In this document: positions 1 to 8,930 of the stretch, in pieces
Layout: each line of letters starts with the position of its first letter
Position numbering within the stretch: the stretch's first letter is position 1
NCBI GenBank assembly: GCA_963525765.1
Contig: CAURMQ010000001.1
Span: 1-35,856 of the forward strand
DNA: 35,856 nt
From: an uncultured Campylobacter sp.
GTDB taxonomy: Bacteria; Campylobacterota; Campylobacteria; Campylobacterales; Campylobacteraceae
Direction: 5' to 3'
Position numbers and translations under genes: made by a program
The notes under the pieces: generated by a model
What the model was told of the DNA's origin: nothing
Database searches by the model: none
The model's input: only the letters and a program-made list of their open reading frames with translations

Positions 1-230
1 AGCGCCAAATACACGCAGTCTGCGGGCGTAGCGTCATCGAGTTTGAAAAATCCGTCGTCGAGCTTGATAAATCTAAGCGGACGCGTGAGCGTGAGTGAGT
101 GCGAGCATGCCGATTTCTCCGAGCTTGGCGCTACGATGGTAACGTTTGCGATTCCTCTTAGCGCGCTTGCGAGTTCTAGAAGCCCGCGCGCTTCGAATCC
201 ATCGTCATTGGTAATTAAAATTTCTTTCAT
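1..230 (-). CDS. surE: 5'/3'-nucleotidase SurE, 5' part (runs off the left edge)
   Basis: Manual translation from ATG at 230: MKEILITNDDGFEARGLLELASALRGIANVTIVAPSSEKSACSHSLTLTRPLRF...DATPADCVYLA, with the SurE motifs TNDDG, VAP..EKS..SHSLT and TPADCV. Confidence 0.95.
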   Translation of the reverse strand, partial: MKEILITNDDGFEARGLLELASALRGIANVTIVAPSSEKSACSHSLTLTRPLRFIKLDDGFFKLDDATPADCVYLA

Positions 231-240
231 ATTCTCTCTT

Positions 241-600
241 TAGCTAAAATTTCACAACAGACCTATCGGGGCGGAATTTCGTCTGTAAAATTTTAGCGCT
301 TAATTCTTTACTATGCAAAAATTGCTACTTAGCTTGCGTGGCGTAGAATTCCGTCGCGCCAAATTTTTCAATAAAATTCCATGCGAACTTAAATCGCAAA
401 ATTCATAGAAAAATTCCGTCTTTTTGCTACGAAATTTTATCTTTTTTTGCTACAAATTTTATAGCCTGCTATGCAATTTCATCGCCTAAATTTCGTTTTC
501 GAAATTCCTTAAATTAAATTTTGCGACCGCACTCCGCAACTCGCCGCAAAATTTGTCTTTTAAATTATCGTAAAATTTTACACCACGAAATTTTGCTTTC
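241..600. repeat. RAATTY-dense intergenic region
   Basis: About 16 hand-counted RAATTY hexamers (AAATTT/AAATTC/GAATTT/GAATTC) in about 360 bp, plus a short duplication TTTTTGCTAC-[G/-]AAATTTTAT near 421 and 444. Confidence 0.75.
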
Positions 601-642
601 GCGCCGATGCAAATCCGCGGCATAAAATTACGCTAGACTTAT

Positions 643-1143
643 CTATAACCCTGCTTTGCGGCATATCTCCTCGCTCACCTGCGAATCAAGTAGGTGCGAG
701 CTTGGATAATCGTAGAAAAATCGGTGCACTTCACGCACTCCGTTTCGCAATAAAGCTCGCGTACTAGGTGCGTTGCAGTCATTTTCGGTAATATCCTTGG
801 TTAGCAATTTGAGATATTTTTGCCGATCGGAGCTTTTCAGGCTCGCCCAGCCAGGGCTTAGCGAGTAGGCATAGATCAGATCGCTTCCTTGTGCGCTAAT
901 TTCTTCGAGGAAGGCAAACTGCGCGACCTTAACGTGGGGCTTGGCGCCGCCTAGGTCTGCTGCGATCTCGCTAGCTGCGGCTTTAGCGACGAGTGCGGGC
1001 GAGCCTAGCTTACTAAGCGCCTCAAAACGCGCCGTTACTGCGGGATCCTCGGTGACTTGACGCTTTTGATATTTAGCCGCGCCGCAACCGCCTAGCAACA
1101 TCACGAACGCGCCACATAGCGCTAAAATTTTAAAATTTCTCAT
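643..1143 (-). CDS. Hypothetical lipoprotein
   Basis: 166 aa; basic N-terminus, hydrophobic stretch and lipobox LGGC; AAGGA RBS upstream on the minus strand. Confidence 0.75.
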   Translation of the reverse strand: MRNFKILALCGAFVMLLGGCGAAKYQKRQVTEDPAVTARFEALSKLGSPALVAKAAASEIAADLGGAKPHVKVAQFAFLEEISAQGSDLIYAYSLSPGWASLKSSDRQKYLKLLTKDITENDCNAPSTRALLRNGVREVHRFFYDYPSSHLLDSQVSEEICRKAGL

Positions 1144-1164
1144 CTTAAATCCTTTGTCGGCTTA

Positions 1165-1187
1165 ATTTTAGCACATTTTGCTATAAT
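1165..1187. promoter_or_regulatory. Back-to-back extended -10 boxes (sigma70) for the lipoprotein gene and lpxB
   Basis: + strand TGCTATAAT at 1179-1187; - strand TGCTAAAAT at 1173-1165. Confidence 0.55.
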
Positions 1188-1211
1188 TAACAAAAATTTA
1201 AAAGGCTAAAT

Positions 1212-2642
1212 TTGAAACATTTAATCTCTTGCCTAGAACCCTCGGCGAATCTGCATTTTAAAGAGGTTCTAGCGCATCTTAAAAAGCTTGATCCTGCTTG
1301 CGAGATTTGCGGAATTTTCGATGAAAAGCTGGGCTCGCCGATATACAAAAGCAGCGAATTTTCTGCGATGGGCTTTATAGAAATTCTGCCGCTAATTTTA
1401 AAAGCCAAGCGTGCGATAGCGCAGATGACGCGACTTGCGGCGGAGTGCGATCGCGTGCTACTCATCGACTCGCCCGCGTTTAATCTGCCGCTTGCTCGCG
1501 CGATCAAAGAAAGCGGCGCGCGCGCGGAAATTTCATATTATATCCTACCGCAGGTTTGGGCATGGAAGCCGCGCAGAGCGGAGAAACTGAAGGCGTTTTG
1601 CGACAATCTGCTCTCCATCTGGCCTTTTGAGGCGAAATTTTTCGGCGCGGATTGCGAGGGAGATAAAGGCACTGTGCCGCAAGAAGCGAAGAGCAAAGAC
1701 GCTGCGCCGAAAGAAGATGCCGAACAAAGCGAGCAAAATTTTACCTCGCCAAATTCTGCGCCTAATTTCGCGAATCAAAATTCTAGGGTGCGAAATTCTA
1801 CGCAGCAAAGCTCCGCAACGCAAAATTCCGGTAATTTTTGCGAGCGAAATTCCGAGACCGAAAATTCTAATGAGCCAAACCTCACCGGACAGGGCTTCTC
1901 GCAGAATTTCATATCGCAAAATTCTGATAAACATAGCTCCTCGCAGAATTTCACGCAGCAAAGCTCCGACAAGCCGTGCTCCGCGCAGAATTCTGCGGCT
2001 TTAAATTTAGAGGCTCAGAGCCGTGCTCGCTATTTTTTCGTGGGGCATCCGCTGCTTGATGAGATAAAATTCCAAAAATCAAGCTACGAAAAACAGGGCA
2101 AGATCGCCTTTATGCCGGGCTCGCGCAGGGCTGAAATTTCAAGATTGATGCCGATTTTTAGAGTCCTTGCGCCTAAATTTGAAAATAGCGAGCGAGTCTT
2201 AATAATCCCACCGCATCTGATGGATCAAAGAGATGAAATTTACGGGCCTCTGGACGGCTTTAGCATCGCAAACGATACTCCTGCCACGCTTAAGGATTGC
2301 GATTTTGCCTTCATCTGCTCGGGCACGGCGACGCTTGAAGCGGCGCTCATCGGCACTCCATTCGTGCTGTGCTACAAGGCTCGTGCGTTTGACGTTTGGC
2401 TCGCGCGAAAGCTCGTAAAGCTAAAGCACGTGGGGCTTGCGAATATTATTTTTGATTTTTTGGGCGAGGAGCCGCTTCACGAGGAGCTTTTGCAATCCGA
2501 GGTAAGCGCGCAAAACCTACTCGCCGCATACGATCGCTGCGACGCTGCGAAATTTAAACTTGCGAGCGAAAAGCTGCGAGATTATCTGAAATTCGGTTCC
2601 AGCGAAAACGTGGCAAAAATTTTAACGCAGCCTGCGAGCTAA
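1212..2642 (+). CDS. lpxB: Lipid-A-disaccharide synthase with a ~125-aa low-complexity in-frame insertion
   Basis: Motifs EPSAN, MGFIE, IDSPAFN, YILPQVWAWK, VGHPLLD, MPGSRRAEI, SGTATLE, VGLANI; TTG start. Confidence 0.95.
   Translation: MKHLISCLEPSANLHFKEVLAHLKKLDPACEICGIFDEKLGSPIYKSSEFSAMGFIEILPLILKAKRAIAQMTRLAAECDRVLLIDSPAFNLPLARAIKESGARAEISYYILPQVWAWKPRRAEKLKAFCDNLLSIWPFEAKFFGADCEGDKGTVPQEAKSKDAAPKEDAEQSEQNFTSPNSAPNFANQNSRVRNSTQQSSATQNSGNFCERNSETENSNEPNLTGQGFSQNFISQNSDKHSSSQNFTQQSSDKPCSAQNSAALNLEAQSRARYFFVGHPLLDEIKFQKSSYEKQGKIAFMPGSRRAEISRLMPIFRVLAPKFENSERVLIIPPHLMDQRDEIYGPLDGFSIANDTPATLKDCDFAFICSGTATLEAALIGTPFVLCYKARAFDVWLARKLVKLKHVGLANIIFDFLGEEPLHEELLQSEVSAQNLLAAYDRCDAAKFKLASEKLRDYLKFGSSENVAKILTQPAS
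1736..2008 (+). repeat. In-frame RAATTY/QN[S/F] repeat array inside lpxB
   Basis: RAATTY at 1736, 1751, 1778, 1793, 1823, 1847, 1862, 1904, 1919, 1946, 1988 and 2003; all spacings are multiples of 3. Confidence 0.85.
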
Positions 2643-2690
2643 AATTTTAAGGCTAAAGCTTATATAATTTGATAAAAAGAAAGGAAGATT

Positions 2691-3182
2691 ATGACGACAG
2701 AACCAATGACGCTTTACGGATATGAAAAGATCACCTCCGAGCTCAAGGAGCTTCAGAGCGTGAAGCTGCCTCACATCGTGCAGCAGATCGACATCGCGCG
2801 CGGACACGGCGATCTGAAAGAAAACGCTGAGTACCACGCAGCGCGCGAGGAGCAGGCGTTTTTGCTCTCGCGCATCGCCGAGCTTAGCGACATCGTCTCT
2901 CGCTCAAAGATCATCGACCCCTCCACCTACGAGCACGACCGCGTAAAATTCGGCTCTACCGTTACCTTTATGGACGTGGAGACCGAGCGGGAGGAGGTTT
3001 ACACGATTGTAGGGCTTAGCGAGGCCGATATTTCAAGGCATCTCATCAATATCAATACGCCGCTTGCGCGTCAGCTTTTAGGCAAGGCAGAGGGCGATGA
3101 GGTAGTGCTTCAGCTGCCATCGGGCACCCGCGATGTGGAAATTTTAAGCGTCGAATACAGACCGATCAAATTTGGAAAATAA
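2691..3182 (+). CDS. greA: Transcription elongation factor GreA
   Basis: [15 protein letters not shown] motif, [31 protein letters not shown] at 2663-2668. Confidence 0.97.
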   Translation: MTTEPMTLYGYEKITSELKELQSVKLPHIVQQIDIARGHGDLKENAEYHAAREEQAFLLSRIAELSDIVSRSKIIDPSTYEHDRVKFGSTVTFMDVETEREEVYTIVGLSEADISRHLININTPLARQLLGKAEGDEVVLQLPSGTRDVEILSVEYRPIKFGK

Positions 3183-3183
3183 G

Positions 3184-4191
3184 ATGAAAAAAGCAGGGAT
3201 CATCGGCGTTAGCGGCTATACGGGGCTTGAGCTGATTAAGGCTCTACTTTCTCATCCGGGCTTTGAAATTTCATATTTGGGGGCTTCGACGCAGGGCGAG
3301 ATAAGCGAGATTTTCCCGCAACTTCGCGGAGTTTTGCAGATGCGCGTAGAAGCCGCGGATGCTCGCGTTGCGGCGCAAAGATGCGATCTTATTTTTTTGG
3401 CGCTGCCGCATGGAAAAGCGATGGAGTTTGCCCGCGAAATTTTAAAATTTAAAAGCGTCAGGGTAGTCGATCTATCCGCCGATTACCGCCTAAGCCGCGA
3501 GCTTTACGAGAAAAATTACACCGCACATTTAGACCCTCGTAATTTAGCCCACGCCGTTTACGGACTGCCCGAGCTAAATCGCGAAAAGATCCGCACGGCG
3601 CGGCTTACGGCAAATCCGGGCTGCTATCCTACCTGCTCTATTTTGGCGCTCGCGCCGTTTGTGCAGCTACTCGATCCGGGTATCGGCGTATTTATCGACG
3701 CAAAAAGCGGAGTAAGCGGCGCAGGCAAGGCCCTCAAAACAAGCAGCCATTTCGTAAGCGTGAACGAAAACGCAAATGTTTACTCGCCGATCTCGCATCG
3801 CCACGCAGACGAGATCAAAGAGCAGCTGGAAATTTTAAAAGGCGGCGAATTTAGCACGCTTTTCGTGCCGAATTTGCTGCCGATTACGCGCGGAATGCTA
3901 ATTAGCGCGTTTGGCGTACTGCAAAAGAGCGTGGATGCAGAGGCGGTGCTGCGGGAGTTTTACGAAAACGAGCCTTTCGTGCGCGTCCGAGGCGAGCCCG
4001 TGAGTATAAAAAACGTCGTAGGGACGCACTTTTGCGATATTTTTGTAAAAACTGCGGGCGATAAAATTTGGATCAACTCGGCGATCGATAATCTTTTGCG
4101 CGGAGCTTCGTCGCAGGCGATCGCAAACGCAAATTTAATGTGCGGATTTGCCGAAGATACGGCGCTGCCGCGCATAGCGCACGGAATTTAA
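3184..4191 (+). CDS. argC: N-acetyl-gamma-glutamyl-phosphate reductase
   Basis: GVSGYTG, LALPHG, DLSADYRL, YGLPE, ANPGCYPT, SGVSGAG, IDNLLRGA; ATG at 3184 preferred over TTG at 3172. Confidence 0.95.
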   Translation: MKKAGIIGVSGYTGLELIKALLSHPGFEISYLGASTQGEISEIFPQLRGVLQMRVEAADARVAAQRCDLIFLALPHGKAMEFAREILKFKSVRVVDLSADYRLSRELYEKNYTAHLDPRNLAHAVYGLPELNREKIRTARLTANPGCYPTCSILALAPFVQLLDPGIGVFIDAKSGVSGAGKALKTSSHFVSVNENANVYSPISHRHADEIKEQLEILKGGEFSTLFVPNLLPITRGMLISAFGVLQKSVDAEAVLREFYENEPFVRVRGEPVSIKNVVGTHFCDIFVKTAGDKIWINSAIDNLLRGASSQAIANANLMCGFAEDTALPRIAHGI

Positions 4192-4233
4192 GCGATGAGC
4201 TTTTCGCAAAAACTATCACGCGCCGGAGCTTAG

Positions 4234-4968
4234 ATGCAAAATGATCAAATTCAGACGATAAAACCCGGCGCGATCTTTATCGGCGATGCGCACGCGGGCG
4301 CGAGCAGACCGCAATTTTTGAAATTTATGCGCGCGCTGTGTTCTGCACAAAGCCTGCCGCCTCAAATTTTTATGATGGGCGATATGTTTGATTTTTTGGC
4401 AAACACGACCTACGTACAGCGCTTCTACGAAGAGGAGATCGCGCTAATAAACGAGCTATCGCGGAAATGCGAAATTTTTTACTTCGAGGGCAACCACGAT
4501 TTTAATCTGTGCGAAATTTTCCCCCGCGCAAAAGTTTATCCAAACGCCGCGCAGCCTGCTAAATTTATCTGCGAGAGCGGTGAGACGGTACAGATCGCGC
4601 ACGGCGATCTATTTTTGCCGCGCCTGACGCAGTTTGCGCTGCTTTCGCTACGAAACAGGGCTTTTCTGAAATTCATGGATCTGCTCGATCGTGCTTTAAA
4701 ATTTAAAATTTCAAAGATGATCTTAAAATCGCAAGAGGGGAAAAACCTCTACAGAAAAATGCCAAATTTTAAGGATATAATCGCGCCGAAGATCGATTTT
4801 TACGCGGCAAATTTAATCATCGAGGGACACTATCATCAAGATGAAATTTTATATTTCGGCGAGAAAAAATATATAAATTTATGCTCGTTCGGGGTTAGGA
4901 GCAAAATTTACGAGGTCGCAAAAAGCGAAAAATTTATGCTAATTCCAAAAAACTTAAACTTAAATTAG
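4234..4968 (+). CDS. lpxH: UDP-2,3-diacylglucosamine diphosphatase (LpxH-like metallophosphoesterase)
   Basis: Calcineurin-like motifs GDAH, GDMFD, EGNHD, AHGD, GHYH; lies near lpxB/greA. Confidence 0.75.
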   Translation: MQNDQIQTIKPGAIFIGDAHAGASRPQFLKFMRALCSAQSLPPQIFMMGDMFDFLANTTYVQRFYEEEIALINELSRKCEIFYFEGNHDFNLCEIFPRAKVYPNAAQPAKFICESGETVQIAHGDLFLPRLTQFALLSLRNRAFLKFMDLLDRALKFKISKMILKSQEGKNLYRKMPNFKDIIAPKIDFYAANLIIEGHYHQDEILYFGEKKYINLCSFGVRSKIYEVAKSEKFMLIPKNLNLN

Positions 4969-4999
4969 CTATAATTCCTAAATTTTTGCGAGGATATTT

Positions 5000-5623
5000 A
5001 TGATAAAGCTTTGTGTTTTCGACTTTGATTCTACGCTGATGGACGGCGAAACGATAGGTTTTTTCGCCGCTAAAATGGGTACGCAGCGACAAGTTAGCGA
5101 AATTACGAAGCGGGCGATGGCGGGCGAGCTTGATTTTTTTGAGAGCCTTAGCGAGCGAGTGGCGCTGATAAAGGGGATGAAGCTTAGCGATGCTAAAGCT
5201 ATCGCGGAAAGCCTGCCTTTTGTTTGCGGCGCTAGCGAGATCATCGCGTATCTGAAAAATAAAGGCATAAAAGTGATCGTATTTAGCGGCGGATTTCATC
5301 TAGCCACGGACGCCGCGCAGAAAAAACTGGGTTTTGACGCGAGCTTTGCGAACTATCTGCATGAAAAAAACGGAATTTTAACCGGGCTTTTCGGCGGCGA
5401 GATGATGTTTGGATACTCAAAAGGCGCGCTGCTTGCGCAGCTTAAATCGCTGATGGGTCTAGAAACGAGCGAGGTAATGTGCGTGGGGGACGGCGCGAAC
5501 GACGTTTCGATGTTTCGCGAGGCGGGACTTAAAATCGCCTTTTGCGCGAATGAAATTTTAAAAGAGCACGCGAGCGTCTGCATTGAAAAAAAGGATTTGA
5601 AGGAGATTATGAAATATGTATGA
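5000..5623 (+). CDS. serB: Phosphoserine phosphatase
   Basis: HAD motif DFDSTL, ITKRAMAGELDF, SGGF, GDGAND; TATAAT at 4970-4975 and GAGG RBS. Confidence 0.95.
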   Translation: MIKLCVFDFDSTLMDGETIGFFAAKMGTQRQVSEITKRAMAGELDFFESLSERVALIKGMKLSDAKAIAESLPFVCGASEIIAYLKNKGIKVIVFSGGFHLATDAAQKKLGFDASFANYLHEKNGILTGLFGGEMMFGYSKGALLAQLKSLMGLETSEVMCVGDGANDVSMFREAGLKIAFCANEILKEHASVCIEKKDLKEIMKYV

Positions 5624-6623
5624 TAAAGCCTTAAATTTCAGCCTTTGGTGCGACTTTTTGGAGCGCGATTTTATTGATAAAGATTTCGACGAGCTGATCA
5701 AAAAAGGGATAATTAACGGCGCGACTTCCAATCCTGCAATCTTTAAAAACGCGATCCTAAGCTCCTCAGCATACGATGCGGCTAAAGAGGAATTTAGAAA
5801 AAAAGAGCCTAAAAAGCTATATGAAATTTTAGCCACCGCGGACATCAGAAGCGCGGCGGAGAGCCTGCTTAAAAATTTTATTAACGGCGATGACGGCTTT
5901 GTGAGTATCGAGGTCGATCCATATTTCGCAGATGATGCTGAAGCGATGTATCGCGAGGGCAAACACCTATACGGCACGATCGGCATGCCAAACGTAATGA
6001 TCAAAATCCCTGCAACAAAGGCGGGCTACGAAGCGATGCGCGATCTACTGAAAAAGGGGATCAGCGTAAACGCGACCTTGGTTTTTTCGCCTGAGCAGAC
6101 CGTAAAATGTATCGAGGCGATAAAAGAGGGAATCGCGGGCTTTCGTCGCTACTTCCCGAAGGCAAATTTACCAAAAACCGTAATTAGCATCTTCGTTAGC
6201 CGCTTCGATAGGTTACTGGATGAAAAAATGGCAGCGGCGGGTCTTCCTACCGGTAAAATCGGCATAATGAACGCCGCGAAGTGCTACAATATCATCGCTA
6301 AAGAAAATTTAAACTACGTAAAGCCGCTGTTTGCGAGCACGGGGGTAAAAGGAGACGATCTACCGAAGGATTACTACGTAAGCGAGCTGATGTATCCGGG
6401 CTGCGTAAATACCGCGCCGCTTGAGACCATAGAGGCTTTTGTAAGCGGCGATCAAAAACCCAAAACGCCGCCGAGCGATGCGCAGATAGAGGAATTTTTC
6501 GCGCGCGTAGCGGATGCGAAGATCGATATGAAAAAGGCGTATAAAAAGCTGCTGGATGACGGGCTAGCGGCTTTTGAAGAGGCATTTAAAGAGATAATAA
6601 AAACACTTAAAAAGGAGAAATGA
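5616..6623 (+). CDS. tal: Transaldolase
   Basis: GATSNPAIF, VSIEVDP, MIKIPAT, VNATLVFS, SIFVSRFDR, FASTGVK. Confidence 0.95.
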   Translation: MYDKALNFSLWCDFLERDFIDKDFDELIKKGIINGATSNPAIFKNAILSSSAYDAAKEEFRKKEPKKLYEILATADIRSAAESLLKNFINGDDGFVSIEVDPYFADDAEAMYREGKHLYGTIGMPNVMIKIPATKAGYEAMRDLLKKGISVNATLVFSPEQTVKCIEAIKEGIAGFRRYFPKANLPKTVISIFVSRFDRLLDEKMAAAGLPTGKIGIMNAAKCYNIIAKENLNYVKPLFASTGVKGDDLPKDYYVSELMYPGCVNTAPLETIEAFVSGDQKPKTPPSDAQIEEFFARVADAKIDMKKAYKKLLDDGLAAFEEAFKEIIKTLKKEK

Positions 6624-7840
6624 TGGCGGGTTCTATAGATTATTCGCAGTATCAAGTTGACGCTTCTACACTGGATTTTAAGCAGCGAGACAGGCTAAAT
6701 AAATATTTGGAATTTCTAATCCAAAACGGCGGTAGCGACCTTCACATAAAATCAGGCGCGGTTATCAGAGGGCGCATCCACGGCGAGCTAGTAAAATTTA
6801 GCAAAACGCCATTTTTGAAAGAAGACGCGATGACGCTAGCTAAGGAGCTTCTCATCACGCGCTTTCCGGAGCTTATCGAGAAAAAGAGCGTAGATTTTAC
6901 CTACAAGCTAAACGAAGATTATCGCTTCCGCGTTAATATTTTTTTTCAGATCGACGGTATCAGCGCGGTTTTCCGAACGATCCCGGTTAAAATTCCAGAG
7001 ATCGACGATCTAGGTCTGCCGCCCTCGATCAAAGATATTTGTGACACGGCTATGCGCGGCGTCGTGCTGCTTACCGGACCTACGGGAAGCGGAAAGACGA
7101 CAACGATCGCAAGTATGATAAATCGTATAAATAGGCAAAGAACCAGCCACGTCGTTACGATCGAAGACCCCGTCGAGTTCGTATTTAAAGACGATAAATG
7201 CATCATCAATCAGCGCGCTATCGGCGAGGACTGCAATAACTTCGCAGATTCGCTTCGCGCTGCGCTGCGAGAGGATCCCGACGTTATATTTGTGGGTGAG
7301 ATGCGTGATTTGGAGACGATCGAGACCGCACTTCACGCCGCAGAGACGGGTCACCTCGTGTTTTCGACGGTGCACACCATCGACGCAAAAGAGACGGTAA
7401 ACCGAATCATTGCGATGTTTGAGCAGGCTGAGCAGGAGCGTATCCGAATGACGCTAGCATCCGTCCTAGAGGCGGTCATTTCTCAGCGCCTTGCCCGTAC
7501 TGTCGAAGGCAAGCGCGTGGCCGTCGTAGAGATTTTGCGCAAAAACACTCGTATTAAGGATATGATACTTGATGCGCGCGACGATGAAATTCCGGACGCG
7601 ATCGCCGACGGTCGCAACACCTACGGCATGCAGACCTTCGATCAGCACCTGCTTGATCTTTACAGAGATGGCGTCATTACCCGCGAAGAGGCGCTGGATA
7701 AGGCCTCTAAGCGAAACGACCTCGATCTGCAGATCAAAAACGTAGATCTTGCCAAAAAAAGGGATTTGGCAGCAGAATCCGGAGAGAGCGCCGAGGAGAT
7801 GCTCGCAGGCGAAGTCGTACAGCTAAAAGAGATCCGCTAA
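6620..7840 (+). CDS. pilT: PilT/PilU family type IV pilus retraction ATPase
   Basis: SDLHI, Walker A GPTGSGKTT, TIEDPVEF, ALREDPDVIFVGEMRD, AAETGHLVFSTVH, GMQTFDQ. Confidence 0.9.
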   Translation: MMAGSIDYSQYQVDASTLDFKQRDRLNKYLEFLIQNGGSDLHIKSGAVIRGRIHGELVKFSKTPFLKEDAMTLAKELLITRFPELIEKKSVDFTYKLNEDYRFRVNIFFQIDGISAVFRTIPVKIPEIDDLGLPPSIKDICDTAMRGVVLLTGPTGSGKTTTIASMINRINRQRTSHVVTIEDPVEFVFKDDKCIINQRAIGEDCNNFADSLRAALREDPDVIFVGEMRDLETIETALHAAETGHLVFSTVHTIDAKETVNRIIAMFEQAEQERIRMTLASVLEAVISQRLARTVEGKRVAVVEILRKNTRIKDMILDARDDEIPDAIADGRNTYGMQTFDQHLLDLYRDGVITREEALDKASKRNDLDLQIKNVDLAKKRDLAAESGESAEEMLAGEVVQLKEIR

Positions 7841-7887
7841 GTCGCAAATTTTAAAATTCTAAATTTTTGCAATTTAAAATTTTAAAG

Positions 7888-7948
7888 AATTCTGCCTGCC
7901 GCTAGGCGGGCGGAATTTAATTCGTTTGCCCGCTGCTATGCGGGCAGA
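7888..7948. terminator. Two GC-rich hairpins after pilT (probable terminator region)
   Basis: AATTCTGCCTGCC-GCTA-GGCGGGCGGAATT (with G:U pairs), followed by TTGCCCGC-TGCTAT-GCGGGCAG. Confidence 0.55.
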
Positions 7949-8074
7949 TACTACCTTAAATTTCGTTTTAAAATATCTATAATTTCGATTAAAATTCCAC
8001 GTCCGATTAATCTTATAAAATTTCTATTTATTTAATCTTTAATAAACAAAATTTCAACTAAATTTCAGGGGAGG

Positions 8075-8104
8075 TATAATTATGCATATTTTTTCTATAA
8101 GGAG
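8075..8104 (+). promoter_or_regulatory. -10 box and RBS of the small basic ORF
   Basis: TATAAT at 8075-8080 after an AT-rich periodic upstream tract; TAAGGAG at 8098-8104. Confidence 0.6.
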
Positions 8105-8110
8105 TAGGAA

Positions 8111-8215
8111 ATGCCGGCTAAGAACCGAATGAGCTCTAACAAAACAAAAAGAGCAGGATGCAATAGGACTCATGCCCAAAAAGCGGGCGACAAAAAACGT
8201 CGCAAAAAGAAATAA
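8111..8215 (+). CDS. Small very basic protein, 34 aa (not in the ORF track)
   Basis: MPAKNRMSSNKTKRAGCNRTHAQKAGDKKRRKKK*; strong RBS, upstream -10 and downstream terminator. Confidence 0.7.
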   Translation: MPAKNRMSSNKTKRAGCNRTHAQKAGDKKRRKKK

Positions 8216-8245
8216 TCTCGCGTCGAAATTAGTCGCGAAATTTAT

Positions 8246-8285
8246 CTAAAAAGCGCTGAGGTCTTAATGCTTCAGCGCTTTTTAG
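8246..8285. terminator. Intrinsic, probably bidirectional, terminator
   Basis: Perfect 14-bp inverted repeat CTAAAAAGCGCTGA...TCAGCGCTTTTTAG with A- and T-tracts. Confidence 0.8.
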
Positions 8286-8347
8286 AATTTAAATCGCGCA
8301 AGCGATCAAATGAATAAAATTTTAAAATTTAATCACAAGAGAATTTT

Positions 8348-8929
8348 ATGAAATACGAGATAATCGACGTCCATACCGCGCTAGAGATTGTTTTTAAAAA
8401 TTTTAAATGGGCGCTACTTATTGGAATTTTGCTGTTGCCGTTAGGCGTGGGTGCCGTGATTTTAGTGCTTTTGCCGTTTCAAAGCATTTTGATCTACAAC
8501 AAAAACAAAAGATACCTGATCGATATGCAAACGGGCAAAATCACTTTCCCTAGAAGCGATGTTGAAAATAGCATTGTAGCCGTTTTGCTCTGCGCGCCGT
8601 ATTGGAATTTAATGCGCAGCAGAACCGTCACGGCAGATCAAATCGAGGATATGCGCTTAGAGAAAAAAGAGGTAAAAAGCGCAAATATTTTTAAAATTTT
8701 CCTAGCGGTGATTAAATTTTTTAGGATGAGCTCCAAAAATGCCAAAACAGCTAGATTGGGGCGGCGCATTAATGATATCCAAACAAGATATTATCTCTAC
8801 GTCTTTGGAAGCTTCGGCTCGACGGGACTATACTTTTATGACAAGCAAAAGCGCGACGAGGTACGTAGCGCCATACGAGAATGCGTGCTTAAATTTAGCG
8901 CCAAAAATATAGATAGGAATTTATTCTGA
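8348..8929 (+). CDS. Hypothetical membrane protein
   Basis: 193 aa with an N-terminal hydrophobic hairpin (WALLIGILLLPLGVGAVILVLLPF); stop codon lies 1 nt before the next ATG. Confidence 0.7.
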   Translation: MKYEIIDVHTALEIVFKNFKWALLIGILLLPLGVGAVILVLLPFQSILIYNKNKRYLIDMQTGKITFPRSDVENSIVAVLLCAPYWNLMRSRTVTADQIEDMRLEKKEVKSANIFKIFLAVIKFFRMSSKNAKTARLGRRINDIQTRYYLYVFGSFGSTGLYFYDKQKRDEVRSAIRECVLKFSAKNIDRNLF

Positions 8930-8930
8930 G

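Noticed and set aside
43..243. 66-aa + strand ORF
   Set aside because: Antisense shadow of surE.
1648..2025. Intein or intron as the explanation for the lpxB insert
   Set aside because: No intein C-terminal His-Asn/Cys-Ser-Thr junction, no endonuclease motifs; low-complexity sequence.
1187..2418. Alternative-frame and antisense ORFs over lpxB
   Set aside because: By-products of the stop-poor repeat insertion; no RBS or recognisable motifs.
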